Shown in pieces: positions 38,427 to 51,540 of a stretch of 64,000 nucleotides of DNA. The notes beneath the pieces are model-generated. The model made no database searches, was not told where the DNA came from, and saw nothing but the letters and a program-made list of their open reading frames with translations. Position numbers and translations under genes: made by a program. This stretch comes from Octopus sinensis (Eukaryota): positions 35,526,001 through 35,590,000 of the forward strand of contig NC_043012.1 of NCBI RefSeq assembly GCF_006345805.1, written 5' to 3'. The stretch's first letter is position 1; each line of letters starts with the position of its first letter.

Positions 38427-39688
38427 CACAGAAGGTGTTTGGGTTAAATTAGACGCTTTTTTTATGTCTCCTGTTTTTCATGATCAGCTTGGTGTATTGA
38501 TGAATAGTCTATGGCATTGGAAAGCATAAGGAGTGAAGTTGTAGATGAGCAAAAATTATCTGACATGGAGGATTGGAAGCCATCTGAATATTGGAAAAAA
38601 GATTTACTTGTATCAGGATGCTTTGTGCCTGGTATCAAAATGCCAACGGCATGATTGCTACTCAATGCTTTGCGAACACTGGAAAGGCTGTGAGATGTGA
38701 CATGGACAGCTGCAATGGAGACTACGAAGCCATGGTCAGCAGGAACGGACACAACAGGCGTTCTGATTGTGTCTGCTCACAGGAATTTATCCAACAACTG
38801 AAGAACAAGGTGATGGAAGATCCAAGCAAGGAAATCTAGGCTTCTGTGAGAGAGATGGGCTTTTGAGTTGTCACAATGAAGCTGGCCCTGAATGAGGACC
38901 TCTGCTACCAATCATACAAAAAGTGTAAGGGACAAATTCTTATGACCAAAACCAAGAAGAACCACTTGGCAAAAGAAAAGAATCTCATGAACAAACTGAG
39001 GCATCCTGTGAGCAGGGGATGATCTGGTCCTTCTCAGATGAAAAGAGCTTCTGCCAGGACCAGTTGAGTAACATCCACAATAACAGGTGACATGCCTATA
39101 CTCCATGCGATGCCTTATGTCATGAAAACCAAGGTCCCACAAACTGTGATGGTCTTTGGGTGTGTCTGCAGTGAAGGTGATGTCATGTCATCCCACATCT
39201 TTGAACAGGGTCTTAGATTCAATTCAGATGGTTATGAGGCTGGAGAGGGCTGCTGCTTGAAGGCCATTTGTGCGGGAGCAGGATTTGGCTCCTTGCCACA
39301 CCTCTAGAAAGAATTAGAAGAGGTTGTTGCAGAGATGTTCTGAGTTAACCAGCCCCAATTCCTGGCTTCCTAATTCCCCTGGTTGCATTCCCGTGGATTA
39401 TTTTGTGTAGGACGTGGTTGAGAAAGAGGCCAACTGCTCTGCTTGCAACACCAAGGCCAAGCTGGTAGACAAGGTCAAGGACACAATGAGGAATTCAATT
39501 TGCTGGGTTCCATAACCTTCCTGAGGCTGTGGTGGAAGCGGAGGACAACAACTTTGAGTAAACTTTTATCTCCCAGCCATAATCTGGTTTTAATATTTTG
39601 GGATTTTTAAAATATTTTTTTTAGATGAGATATTGTGTTTTCTATTTCTTTTATGCAAACTGTCCAATTTAGCCTACCCCGCCCTGTG
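38427..39688 (+). mobile_element. Degenerate Tc1/mariner (maT/DD37D-like) transposon
   Basis: Frameshifted ORFs: RSDCVCSQEFIQQL..EDPSK, MKTKVPQTVMVFGCVCSEGDVM..HIFE.GLR.NSDGY, WLPNSP.CIPVDYFV. Degenerate TIRs CACAG..GG.TAAATT.GAC at both ends. Confidence 0.8.
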
Positions 39689-40129
39689 TTTGTGTGTGCG
39701 TATGTATGTGTGTGTGTGTGCGTGCGCATGTGTGTGTGTTGATATACACATACATGTATATAGATATATTTTTATATACACACAACATCATATGAAGAAT
39801 GGGTCACAGCCCAAACACCTTCCCTGCCCTCATAATCACACCATGTGGATACGTATGAATACAGGTATGCATGGATGTGTGTATGGATGTACATGCATTT
39901 ACGTATGTATATAATTTTATAAATAAGACAGACTTTGTATATCATGTTATATAAAATATATATACATGTGAATACATCTATCTCACTCTCTCTCAAAGTG
40001 TGTGTGTGTGAGAGAGAGTGTGAGTGTGTGTATGTATACATGCATATATATATATGTATGCATGTATGTACATATATATATTTACGCTCATACACATACA
40101 GAGACCTACTTCCAGAATTGCTTGAATTT

Positions 40130-40543
40130 TGATAATCTATATATATATGCACACTTGCATGCATGTGTGTATGCATGTATATATGCTTCTGTATGTATGT
40201 CTGTGTGTATGTATCTACGCATGTATGTATGTATGTATGTATGTATGTATGATGTATGCATGCATGTATGTATGTATGCATGTATGTATGCATGCATGCA
40301 TGTATGTATGTATGCATGCATGTATCTACGCATGTATGTATGTATGTATGCATGCATGCATGTATGTATGCATGCATGTATCTACGCATGTATGTATGTA
40401 TGTATGCATGCATGCTGTATGTATGCATGCATGTATCTACGCATGTATGTATGTATGTATGCATGTATGTATGCATGCATGCATGTATGTATGCATGCAT
40501 GTATATGTATGTATGTATGTAAGTATGTATGTGTGTATGTATG

Positions 40544-40575
<32 letters not shown>

Positions 40576-40910
40576 CATGCATGCATGTATATGTATGTAT
40601 GTAAGTATGTATGTGTGTATGCCTGTATGTATGCAAGTATATGCATGTATGTATGTATGTATGTAAGTATGTATGTGTGTATGTATGTATGTTTGTATGT
40701 GTGTATGTATGTATGCATGCATGTATCTACGCATGTATGTATGCATGCATGTATGTATGCATGCATGTATCTACGCATGTATGTATGCATGCATGCATGC
40801 CTGTATGTATGCATGTATATGTATGTATGTATGTAAGTATGTATGTGTGTATGTATGCATGCATGCATGTATGTATGTATGTATGTATGTATGTATGTGT
40901 GTGTGTATGC
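40130..40910. repeat. Compound (TATG)/(CATG)/(TGCA) microsatellite
   Basis: About 780 bp of nearly pure alternating purine-pyrimidine sequence. Confidence 0.97.
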
Positions 40911-41465
40911 ATAAATCTATTTCAACCAATTTCATAATCCAGGCTCATGCCTTCCTTTTTTTATTTGTTTTCTTTCAACTGTTTATATATATTTTTACGC
41001 TTTTATTAAATTTTTTTTGCAATGATTTTGTTTTTTCAGAATTGTATCTCAAGGCTTGTAGAGTTATCTACCTTGATTAAAAAACAACAAATAAAATATA
41101 TAACAAAAAAGACTTATATAACAATAAAATATTGGCCACTTCGTAATTTTACTCTTAACTGCTTCTTCTCCTCTCGTTCCATCATTTATTTTTGCTGCTG
41201 ATTATTTTTTTGTGCATTATATACAGTTTTGCTGCAATATTTTATACATTGAGTGCATAAACTATATACACACACACAGACACACACAAACACACATACG
41301 TACATATAAACACATATACACACATTTACAGATACAGGCACAAACTCATATATACAGAATCACACATCGAGGGCATAGATTATTTGCACACAGACATACA
41401 CACACACACATATATATATATACACACACATAATATTAAACATAAATACATATATATATATACAA

Positions 41466-41496
<31 letters not shown>

Positions 41497-41877
41497 ACAT
41501 ATACACACACATATGTATATATATAACTATATATATATTTATATGTATAAATATATATATATATATGTGTGTGTGTGTATACACTACATATATGCATGTA
41601 TGTATATAATAAACACAGTTACACACATATGTTTAATAAATATATAGGATGTCCGGATATTATCTTTACAAATTCCACACTTTTCGACTTTAAGTTGTAT
41701 GTGTAATTTATGGACACCCTGTAAACTTTAGCCTTTGCTGTGGTAACAGAACAAGGGCTTAAACCAAATGTGGTAACCAGGCTGTCGAGTTTCACAGGGA
41801 GGAAGAAATATGTCAATTACACATCAGGATTATATATACATACATACATATACATACACACATACACACATATATAT

Positions 41878-41965
<88 letters not shown>

Positions 41966-42282
41966 TATATGTGTGTGTGTGTTTATGTATATACACAGGC
42001 ATATGTGTATGTATATATACATACATACATACACAAATACAAACACATACAAACTCACACATGTATATGTACGTACAAGCATACACACACATATATATAT
42101 ATATATACTTCTATATATTTATGTATGTATATACATCAATACAATCACATACATGTACATTTTTCTGCTTTGTGTGTATGTGTGTGTGTGTGTATTTTAA
42201 CAAATGTGCACTCAGTTGATGTACATGTATATGATGTGCACATACATATTTATACATCTTTTTCAGTGTGCACAAAAATATA

Positions 42283-42324
<42 letters not shown>

Positions 42325-42680
42325 ACTTATACATTCACAGAAACACATATACACACACAAACATAATACAAGTACACTTTCTTTTTCACACATATACACC
42401 CACTTTTAACAGCCCTTGCAAATTTTTCTTGATAATAATCTGCAATATATATATATATATACATGTATATATATATGTATGTATATATGTGTGTATATAT
42501 ATAAATATAAATATATATTTATGTATGTATGTATGTATATATATAAATATATATATATATAGTGTATATATATATATATAATATTTATATATATGTGTAT
42601 ATATGTGTGTGTATATATATTTATACATACGATATATATATATACATATATAGATATGCGTCACATTTTCCAGGAATCCA

Positions 42681-43515
42681 TTATACCAAAGTCTCATGCT
42701 CCTTTTTTTCTTCAGATTTGTCTGAAGTTAAATGACCCCATTGGCGCCATCTTTCTCTTTGCCATTCTGCAATTCTCTGCAACTGAGAGTTTGGTGCTTT
42801 GAGAGGCGGTCCTTGTTGCAAAGAGGTGAATGATGTCGGAGGTGTTGATGATGATGATGGTGATGACAATGATGATGATGTGGTGGTGATTCTGGGAGGA
42901 GTGGATGCAGGAGAGCTTTCTCTTGAGTGAGCTAACAGTCTTGAGTAACCTGTCTGAGAGAGTTCTCGTTCAGATTTGGAAAGCCCCAGTTTGGGAGAGC
43001 GCTGATCTACGAGGTGGACCGATGTAGATGGAGTGAAGTATGACGACGATGATGATGATGATGGTGGTGATATAGAAGAAGAACACAACCCTGGACAGCT
43101 GTTCTGCCTAATATACTGTGATTGCTGTGGAACTGTCAATGTGGTATTTGATGTTTGGCTGCCTGATGCCTGCAATTGCTGTGTGTTTCTGACAGGAACC
43201 GAAACATTAAGGCCGGTTGGAGAGAGTTGGAGGTCAGTTGATGTCTTACAGCGTTGACGAAGAATCATTCTTGCTTGGCGTCGGTGGTAATCGGGTCCGG
43301 CTTGACGTGGGTCGGTATCGTCACGTTCAGAATCCGATGGGCAGGATGTGTACGAAGACTGGGAACTGAGTTGTCGGTGGAGGTTCGCACCTCTGCTGTC
43401 TCCAGCGTCAGAAACTGAAGAACATAATCGATGTGTCTGGCGAGGGTGGAGATTCTGTTGGCTTTCACCCTCACTAAACACACTCCCATAACTAGTTTCC
43501 AAACCAACATCAACT
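42681..43515 (-). CDS. ARHGAP6: ARHGAP6-like terminal coding exon (Ser-rich; ends [11 protein letters not shown]...EHETLV*)
   Basis: 835 bp, phase-2 acceptor tttctacag, TAA at 42683-42681. Includes ORF 42681..43502. Confidence 0.92.
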
Positions 43516-44391
43516 CTGTAGAAATTAAAAAGAACGAAATTTCAATGAAGAATACATCTACTCAAGAAAAGATAACAAAAATATAAATTTAGTTGTCAAA
43601 TAATTTACTAGACATGTATAAAATGTTACATGTGACTGGAAACTACATGTCTACATGTATCCCAGCTGAAACTCCAAACATAAACTCTACACCTCAACAA
43701 TGAATGACACCTGTAGTTATAGCGTCCAGGCTGTCTGATGCATTTCTTTCCCAGTGGAGCATTCGTAAAAATTTGCTGCATTTTTGAGTTGCAGCCAGAA
43801 GCATTACTCTGCGAGTTGGAATGTTAGGACCAACTTTTGAATGTAGTCAGTATTTGTAAGGGCCCCATGGTGAACTCGTTGCTCAGACCAGCTCAACCCA
43901 GCCCTGGTGAATGCTATCACAAGTGTATAAGCAGAAAGTATAGATGTGAAATGTTAAATTAGGTCTCATGAATTACTCCGAGAAGGGGAAAAGGAGAGAC
44001 ACTATGCACCGATTAGCAAACATCTTGTCTACATTAACACAACTACAACCAACACACTATGTCCTCACTACCACACACTACTACTACACCACCGCATATC
44101 ATGTCTTCTCTGTCTTTGAGGTGGATGTTCTCGAGCCAGGTACTCTTTCTGTCACACCAACCCTCACCTGCTTCCAAGCAAGAGATGTGTGTGTGTGTGT
44201 GTGTGTGTGTACGGCTGAAGACATGTTTTTATATTTTGTCAGTGAGTTCTCTTTTTTTTTTGAGACAATTACTTTCCAATTAAAAGTAATTCTTTGACGA
44301 ATTTTTCAAAACAAAGTTTCTCTTAAGATTGTGACTTGTAATTAATCTCATTAACAGAATCCACGCAACATTAACGAGTTTCATTAACAAA

Positions 44392-44760
44392 GCGTAGGAG
44401 TGGCTGTGTGGTAAGTTGCTTGCTTACCAACCACATGGTTCCGGGTTCATTCCCACTGCGTGGCACCTAAGGCAAGCGTCTTCTACTATAGCCTTGGGTC
44501 GACCAAAGCCTTGAGTGGATTTGATAGACGGAAACTGAAAGAAGCCCGTCGTATATATATGTTTGTGTTTGTCCCCCCAACATCGCTTGACAATCGATGC
44601 TGGTGTGTTTACGGCCCTTGTAACTTAGCGGTTCGGCAAAAAACCACCGATAGATTAAGTACTAGGCTTCTAACGAATAAGTCCTAGGGTCATTTTGCTC
44701 GACTAAAGGCGGTGCTCCAGCATGGCCGCAGTCAAGTGACTGAAACAAGTAAAAGAGAGA
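44392..44760 (+). mobile_element. Full-length tRNA-derived bipartite SINE; inverse copy at 54534-54938; others at ~10630-11430, 23345-23710, 25970-26290, 29330-30200
   Basis: GCGTAGGAGTGGCTGTGTGGTAAG..GGTTCCGGGTTC head, central (TA/TG)n spacer, 3' part ending CAGTCAAGTGACTGAAACAAGTAAAAGA. Confidence 0.88.
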
Positions 44761-45633
44761 AAAAAAAAGAAAGCATTACGATTCCCTCTTTGTTGGTTTA
44801 TCCAGAAAAGCTGAAATTCCGCTCATAAAGGGAAGTAACTCCCAATAGCTTATGATTTACTACAAAAGCAAAGCTGACGAATATAAAGTGAAAGATTCGA
44901 TACCGAAACACACCGTTATTTTCAGTAACTTAACACAAGTTCTTCCATTCATGTTTTCGTTGCTGGAAGGAAGACGGGCGGTGGTGTCTGAGTGACAACA
45001 GAGCGAATCAATAAATTTTGTCTCACTGATAACTGGACGTAAAGCTGATGAGGATCACACACACACACACACACGCAGGTTCGTTTGTATAGATGCACTG
45101 TGAGCCTCCTGTAGCTGCTATCGACCAAATTCACTCACAAAGCATTAGTTGGCCCAGAGCCATTACAGACATTCCCCACTTGTATCATGCAGAGAGAGGG
45201 ACCAAACCCGAAACTTCATGGTGGTGAAGGGAACCTTTTAAGTATATCCACACACACACACACACACATTACACAACTGTACCACTTTTGTCGTATGATT
45301 ACAATTTCGCTCTCGAAATATATATTTTATTATTTCTTTATTGCCCACAAGGGGCTAAACACAGAGGGGACAAACAAGGACAAACAAAGGGATTAAGTCG
45401 ATTACATCGACCCCAGTGCGTAACTGGTACTTAATTTATCGACCCCGAAAGGATGAAAGGCAAAGTCGACCTCGGCGGAATTTGATCTCAGAACGTAGCA
45501 GCAGACGAAATACGGCAACGCATTTCGCCCGGCGCGCTAACGTTTCTGCCAGCTCAGTTTCCCAACCGTTCTTAAGGCCATTACTGTCAGTCGCCAACCT
45601 CAAACCCACAATGGTGCAATCAGAACAACTTAC

Positions 45634-45731
45634 CCACTATCACTGGCAATATGTTTCAGTAACTTATCACACACTTCTGGATTATCTTCCATGATGTAAC
45701 GCAGGACTTCATCATAAATATTTGGTGGGAT
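45634..45731 (-). CDS. ARHGAP6: ARHGAP6-like exon (IPPNIYDEVLRYIMEDNPEVCDKLLKHIASDS)
   Basis: 98 bp, phase 0/2, AACAG/GTAAGT. Resembles VPPDLQNEVL..LLETDPDVVDYLL. Absent from the ORF track. Confidence 0.9.
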
Positions 45732-45869
45732 CTGTTTAACAATCAGAAAGAAACAATCAGTGCACTGGGAGTTGTCTGCCCTTAGTTCAGGGCTAGAACT
45801 TCGCTAAAATTAACATTCTGTTAAAGAAAGGAAGATGGACATAATTACAACTGTTGGCAGGGTGTATAG

Positions 45870-46201
45870 CAGCGGTTCCTAACCATTTGTTTTTTTTTTA
45901 CCTATGGACCCCTTTGATTTCTATTTTATTCTTGTGGGCCCCCATAGCCATTCAATACTTAAAATCTAGTCTTATAGAAACTTCTTTCAAAATGCCTAAT
46001 TTGTTTATTCAAACTTAAACTTGTTGTAGTTTGAATTATTTAAAATGTTAGGGAAAGAAACCCAGCTGTTTCTTGCAATACACACATCTAAAACAAAATA
46101 TATATAGGAGCCCTTAAAAAATACTTTTGTGGATCCCTAATTTACTATTTTGTTGCATGGACCCTGAAAAATCTTATATGGACCCTGGTTGAGTACTGTT
46201 G
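45870..46201. mobile_element. hAT/Charlie-like MITE
   Basis: Degenerate TIRs CAGCGGTTCCTAACC and GGTTGAGTACTGTTG; candidate 8-bp TSD GTGTATAG / ATGTAGAG (6 of 8 match). Confidence 0.5.
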
Positions 46202-47455
46202 ATGTAGAGGGACAGGTTATCCCTTTGGTGAATTTGATGAAAGCTATTTGAAGTTGGCAGAGCCCCTAAGAGAAATTTTGTCTGGTTGAAGGAGACCCCT
46301 TTTGGACCCTTATGGTGGATGTTCTCTCCAAAATTCAAAGGAATTTGAAGGTTTTGTAAGATCTTCATGGGCCTCTTTTGTCTCTCTGCCCCTGGACCAA
46401 GGCACTGGCTGTTCCCAACTCACTCACCTTATATAGGCCCTGGAGAGTGGAAAGAATGGGTCAAGGCCCACATGGATGGGTCAATTCTCAGCCTGCACCT
46501 GTAGGCAGAAGAACCTAGAGAACCTGAAAAGTTGGGGAGGCATTGTGCCCAAGCTTGAACTCATGCAAGAAAAGGAAGCAAAGGTCCTTTTTTGTCCTGT
46601 TCATAATTAAGGGCACCTATGCTTCAAGAATGCTTTCTGTCTAAAATAAGCAGAAAATTATTAAAGAACATACATCAATTATTAAGTCAGTGGAAATTCA
46701 CCTAAAATAGAATTAAAATACTGTGATAAAATTGTGTTTCGAAACACAACGCAGAGTGGCCATTATTTTTGGAACAACCCAATAGAAAATGATTCTGTCA
46801 CTATAAAGCTGGAAGATTTTGATGAAATTTTTTGGAAGATTTAGATCACTTTAAAACAAGAAGCTTATAACTAAGGTTGTCTCAGGCAGGTTGCTATGAA
46901 AAGGGTTTGAATTATCAGGGTCTATGCCATTGACATTGAGTGCAGACATATTTCATCATTGATGTTACAGGCAGACACACAGACTGGTGCCATTTGACAA
47001 AGGAACCAAACTCTCTACGCCCCCAAGACACCTGTCTAATTATTCGTTACTTCCTTTCCTATGCATCATTGGTTATTACCATCACAGATGAGAAGCTAAC
47101 ATCTTTGCTGCTGCTGCTGCTGCTACTTCGGCTGCTACTGCTGCAGTTGTTGTTGCTGTTATTGTTTAACTGAAATTTTATTATAATTAGAATTTTAGTA
47201 ATCAGTGTTGTTCACATCATTATTATTAGTAGTGTTCGTTAGAGTTCTGACTTTAAATTCTGTTCAGGTTGATATTTGCTTTTGTTTTTTTTTTGTGGTC
47301 AGTGAACTGGATACCAGTTAAGCATTGGCGGGAGGGGGTAGATGCAGTCCACAGACGTCTGCCCCCCAACCACCCCAAAAAATTGCTGGTCTTGTGCCGA
47401 TGTGAGAAACCATTGTTGTTGTTGTCATTAGAGTGCCAAAAGAATTGCTTTATGA

Positions 47456-47930
47456 TACAGTAATCCCTCGACTATCGTGGGTGTTATGTTCCAAAACCCC
47501 CTGCGACAGGTGAAAATCCCCAAAGTAGAAACAGTACAGTACGGTATAATTTTTCAATTATTTTTATAATTTGTATATATTTATTTTATTACAAATGCAA
47601 AACAACACCACACCCCCACCTCCCAAGTTTCATTTTTCCAGATAGTATGTGTTATTCTTTGTTTAATCATCAACGATACACTACGTATTTTCTTTTCTAT
47701 ATTTTAATTAATGTGTTATACAGTGCAGTACTGAACTCTATTTTTATTTATTAATTTATTAATTTTTAATTGTGAAAATACCTATTTTACCACAGAAATA
47801 ATTGAAATCTAAAAAAATAAAAATACCTATCAGTTGCAATATACTGAGGAATCTGCGATATACATTTACTTATATTAACCAGAAAAATTCATTGAGGGTG
47901 CGGTAGGTGAACCGCGAAATGATTACTGTA
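47456..47930. mobile_element. pogo/Tigger-like MITE
   Basis: TA-CAGTAATC(CCTCG)... and ...GATTACTG-TA termini. Confidence 0.6.
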
Positions 47931-48015
47931 TTTGTTCTGGTTCTTTGCATACTGAGTTCAAATCCTGCTGACGTCAACAACAAGCAATGATAATGATGAC
48001 AGCATCAACAGCAGT

Positions 48016-48399
48016 GGAGGCGCAATGGCCCAGTGGTTAGGGCAGCGGACTCCAGGTTGGAGGATCGTGGTTTCGATTCCCATACCGGGCGTTCTGTGTG
48101 TTTCTTGAGTGAAAACACCTAAAGCTCCACGATGCTCCTGCAGGGGGTGGTGGCGACCCCTGTTGTACTCTTTCGCTCCAACTTTCTCTCACTCTTTCTT
48201 CCTGTTTCTTGTCCCCAACTTCCTACGCAACCGCTGAGCCTGGATGCGCATTCATCCATCCGTCGATGCTCTCGGTGTAGGGGGTTGACCTGCTTTCTCT
48301 TCTGCAGGTCTTACGAATAGCAAAGGACCACGTTTCGGACATCTCCCACTACAGAGGCGCAATCTTGTGAGCTCTGGGATGAAGGCCACTTCACTCAAC
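48016..48399 (+). mobile_element. tRNA-derived SINE (GGAGGCGCAATGGCCCAGTGG head), copy 1
   Basis: A box TGGCCCAGTGG, B box GTTTCGATTCC, (AAC)/(AAAC)n tail; homologous to 60722-61082. Confidence 0.85.
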
Positions 48400-48509
48400 A
48401 AACAAACAAACAAACAAAGCAGCAACAGCAACAATGACAACAACATCAGCTGCAGCAGCAACAATAACAGCAAAGCTATGTAGAAAGAATTGGTTGTAGT
48501 TTTTTTTAC

Positions 48510-48686
48510 CTCAAAAATGGAAGAATCTTCAATCATGGTCTTAACGACTTCTATCACATCTTTTCTCTCCTCGGCTCTGGCACAACTTTCCACCATGTAT
48601 TTTCTTTCTCCCACTTTAGCTTTATGAAGAATATTGGGGCCAAATAGGGTGGCCAAATTTGTGGAGTCCATTCTGTTCCCGGGTAA
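48510..48686 (-). CDS. ARHGAP6: ARHGAP6-like RhoGAP exon (LPGNRMDSTNLATLFGPNILHK...MIEDSSIFE)
   Basis: 177 bp, phase 0/0. N.M...NLATLFGPNIL motif. Confidence 0.96.
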
Positions 48687-48963
48687 CTGGAAAGAATTTG
48701 GTAAATCAGATTAGTAAGAAAGGGGTAGGGAACCACTCTGTCTGTCTGTATGTACCCCTTTTTACTTTCTCTCTCTCATATACACATATTTACATACACA
48801 CACACACATACAGTTATACATACACACACAAACACACATACATATAAACACATAGATACATTACATACACACATATAGCCACATTATGCACCTGCATATA
48901 CACACATTATACAAACATATCACACACACACACAGAATAAACTTGTTTGGTTCCATTACTCAC

Positions 48964-49115
48964 TGTTTGACCATTCTTATCAATGGTATCTGTGGAATGT
49001 TGAGCAACTTTCCTCAAGAACTTCATCAAGGCCCATAAAGTATCCCTGTTAGGGACTGGCAGAAGAGAAACCAGCAACTTAAGGGCCAAAATCTGTTTCT
49101 CAGGGTTGTTGATGC
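48964..49115 (-). CDS. ARHGAP6: ARHGAP6-like RhoGAP exon (LLVSLLPVPNRDTLWALMKFLRKVAQHS...)
   Basis: 152 bp, phase 1/0, TCAG/GTGAGT. LLP..NRDTL..L..FL..VA motif. Confidence 0.96.
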
Positions 49116-49833
49116 CTGAAAATGTAAAACATAAAAAAGACAAATTATATCTGTGTTGATGAGAATGTTAGTGATATTTAATTAATCGTACTAATTAGGG
49201 GAACTAATGAGGGAACCTGAACAGAGTCATTCACCACCACCACCACCATTTAATGTCTGTTGTCCCTGCTGGCATGGATTTGATGGCATGATAGGAGCTG
49301 ACAAAATGTGGGATGACACCAAGCTCCAATGTCTGATTCTGCAGTTGGATGCCCTTCCTAATGCCAACCACCTTACAGAGTGTACTGGGTGCTCTTCACA
49401 TGGAAGTGGCATGATGGTATCAGTGAAGGCACCAAGTAAATGGTTACTTAGAGACTTCACTGGTGCTGATTCAGTTTAATGGAAATAGCAACCAAATCTC
49501 CCTCAAATCACACCACCCTACAATCTGAAATGAAGGGCACAAATGTGGTCAGTGGGATAGAAAAAAAGAAAGGTGGGTCATACCTGGAATGTCTTGGATT
49601 ATAGGACTGCTAAATCAGAGTTGACCAGGGGCTAAACAACTACATCAACTAATTATCATAATTAAGAAGAAAGAGAGGGAGGGAGAGATAAAGAGAGAGA
49701 TAAAGAGAGAGTGAGGGTGAGAGAAAGAGAGAGGTGAGGTATGTAGACAATAAGAGAAACAGAGAGATAAAGAGAGGCACATAGACAGTAAGAAAAACAA
49801 GAGAGAGAGAGGTATGTAGACAGTAAGAAAAAT

Positions 49834-49889
<56 letters not shown>

Positions 49890-51312
49890 TTGAGGCTAAG
49901 AAGTGAAACATGAATGATGTGGCAAATGGTCAGCATCTTCACCCTAATTCTGCATCATGGCCCTGGAATCTAATTGATACTCGCTAGGTCTAAGCATTTT
50001 CTTTTTTTTCAGACAGGTGCCATGATAAAGTAAAGGTAGGATTTGATTCCTCCTTGCATCTGGTGGGAGCACTGTATAATGACTGAGCGTTTCTTTATGT
50101 TTCAAGTATTTCACATGTCTTTGGTTTGAAGGAAGAAGACAATTGGTTGACAGAAATGACAACAACAACAACAACACTTGTAGAGAGCGAATTTCTTAGA
50201 GCACAAATATAAACAAACACACACACACACACATGTACCATCATCATCATCATCATCATCATTTAATGTCCCTCTTCCATGCTGGTATGAAATGGATGGT
50301 GTAACAGGCTCCAACAAGCCAGAGGGAAGCATTGAGCCATGAGCTTCTTCTGGTTGCCATCGACCAAACTCACTCAAGTTTTGGTAAGCCTGGCACTATG
50401 GTAGACACTTGCCCCAAAATGCCATACAATGGGGTTGAACCTGAAACCATGTGGTTGGAAAGTAAACTCCTTTCTCACACAGCCATCCATGCCTACACCT
50501 GTGTGTGTGGTGGTGGTGGTGGTGGTAGTGGTGGGGAGTGACACATAGGCACCACTGGTTACAGACTTGTCTGGTGGAGGGAGCTGATGACCAAATCATA
50601 CAACAGATCGCACCAGACAACGTTCATTAAGACCAAAACCAATACATCATCATCATCATTTAACATCTGCTTTTCATGCTAGCACAGGTTGGACAGTTTG
50701 ACTGGGAGTCTGGGAAATCAGGAGGCTGCACCAGGTTCCAGTCAGATCTGGCAGTATTTCTACAGCTGGATGCCCTTCCTAATGCTAACCACTCCGTGAG
50801 TGTAGAGGGGTGCTTTTTACGTGCTACCGGCACAGGTGCCAGGGGAGGCGGCACTGGCATCAGCCACGTTCGGATGGTGCTTTTTACGTGCCACCAGCAC
50901 AGGTATCACATTTACAATTTCCAAAAAACACAAAAAAACAATAACTACCAACAGAATGGAGGAACCAAACAGAATGGATGAGATTTTACTTTCTTTTCCT
51001 CTCAGCTTATTTACCAGGTCAGCCCCCCCCCCCACCTTTTTTGTTATTGTTTCATCACAGTATTTTGTAGTTCCAGTTTTAGTTAAGATTTTACTTGTTT
51101 TACAGCTTTCATTTGCTCCTTTTCTTCATAGTAGTCAAGTATTTTGACCTCTTATTGTATTTTTCAGATTCCTTGAAGGCAGAAAACAGTTTTCCTTTTT
51201 TGTTTTGCTCCTGTTTTGTCATTATTTGTATCAGTTTTCCTTGGTTCTGTAATCCTATAATGGATATTTTATACTAATTTTCTAATTGTATAACACTGCT
51301 ACTGTCATCAGT

Positions 51313-51540
51313 TCATTGTATATATAACATTTCTATGTCAAATTTTGGGTGTTGTATTCTAAATTCCTTCATTATTCTTCTTGTTTTCCTGTCTACTTTG
51401 CTTCGTGCATTTAGCATCGACTTAAGAATATTGTAACTGTAACTTATATCTGGCACAACTAGAGTATTGATACCTATCATCTTGTTTTTTTTTTGCATCG
51501 AACTCCACTTTGAGCATTAATCTAAGTCATCCAGAGTATT
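51313..51540 (-). mobile_element. R4/Dong-clade LINE fragment
   Basis: ORF reads NKMIGINTLVVPDISYSY...VDRKTRRIM..FRIQHPKFDIEMLY, matching the R4/Dong NK..AINT.AVP..YS / DRKTRK.MT / HHPK.D..RLY pattern. Confidence 0.75.

Noticed and set aside
39772-40937. Long ORFs (up to 324 aa) rich in H/T/Y/I/M/C/V
   Set aside because: Translations of (TATG)/(CATG) microsatellites with no splice or homology support. The same applies to ORFs at 22627-23231, 27709-28271, 41740-42581 and 59045-59783.
44945-45050. Possible extra RhoGAP exon (CAG|CTTTACGTCC...)
   Set aside because: Exons 45634-45731 and 42681-43515 already join in frame; there is no good donor or homology.
48016-48090. tRNA-like sequence
   Set aside because: It has A/B boxes but no complete cloverleaf and continues into a SINE body shared with 60722-61082.
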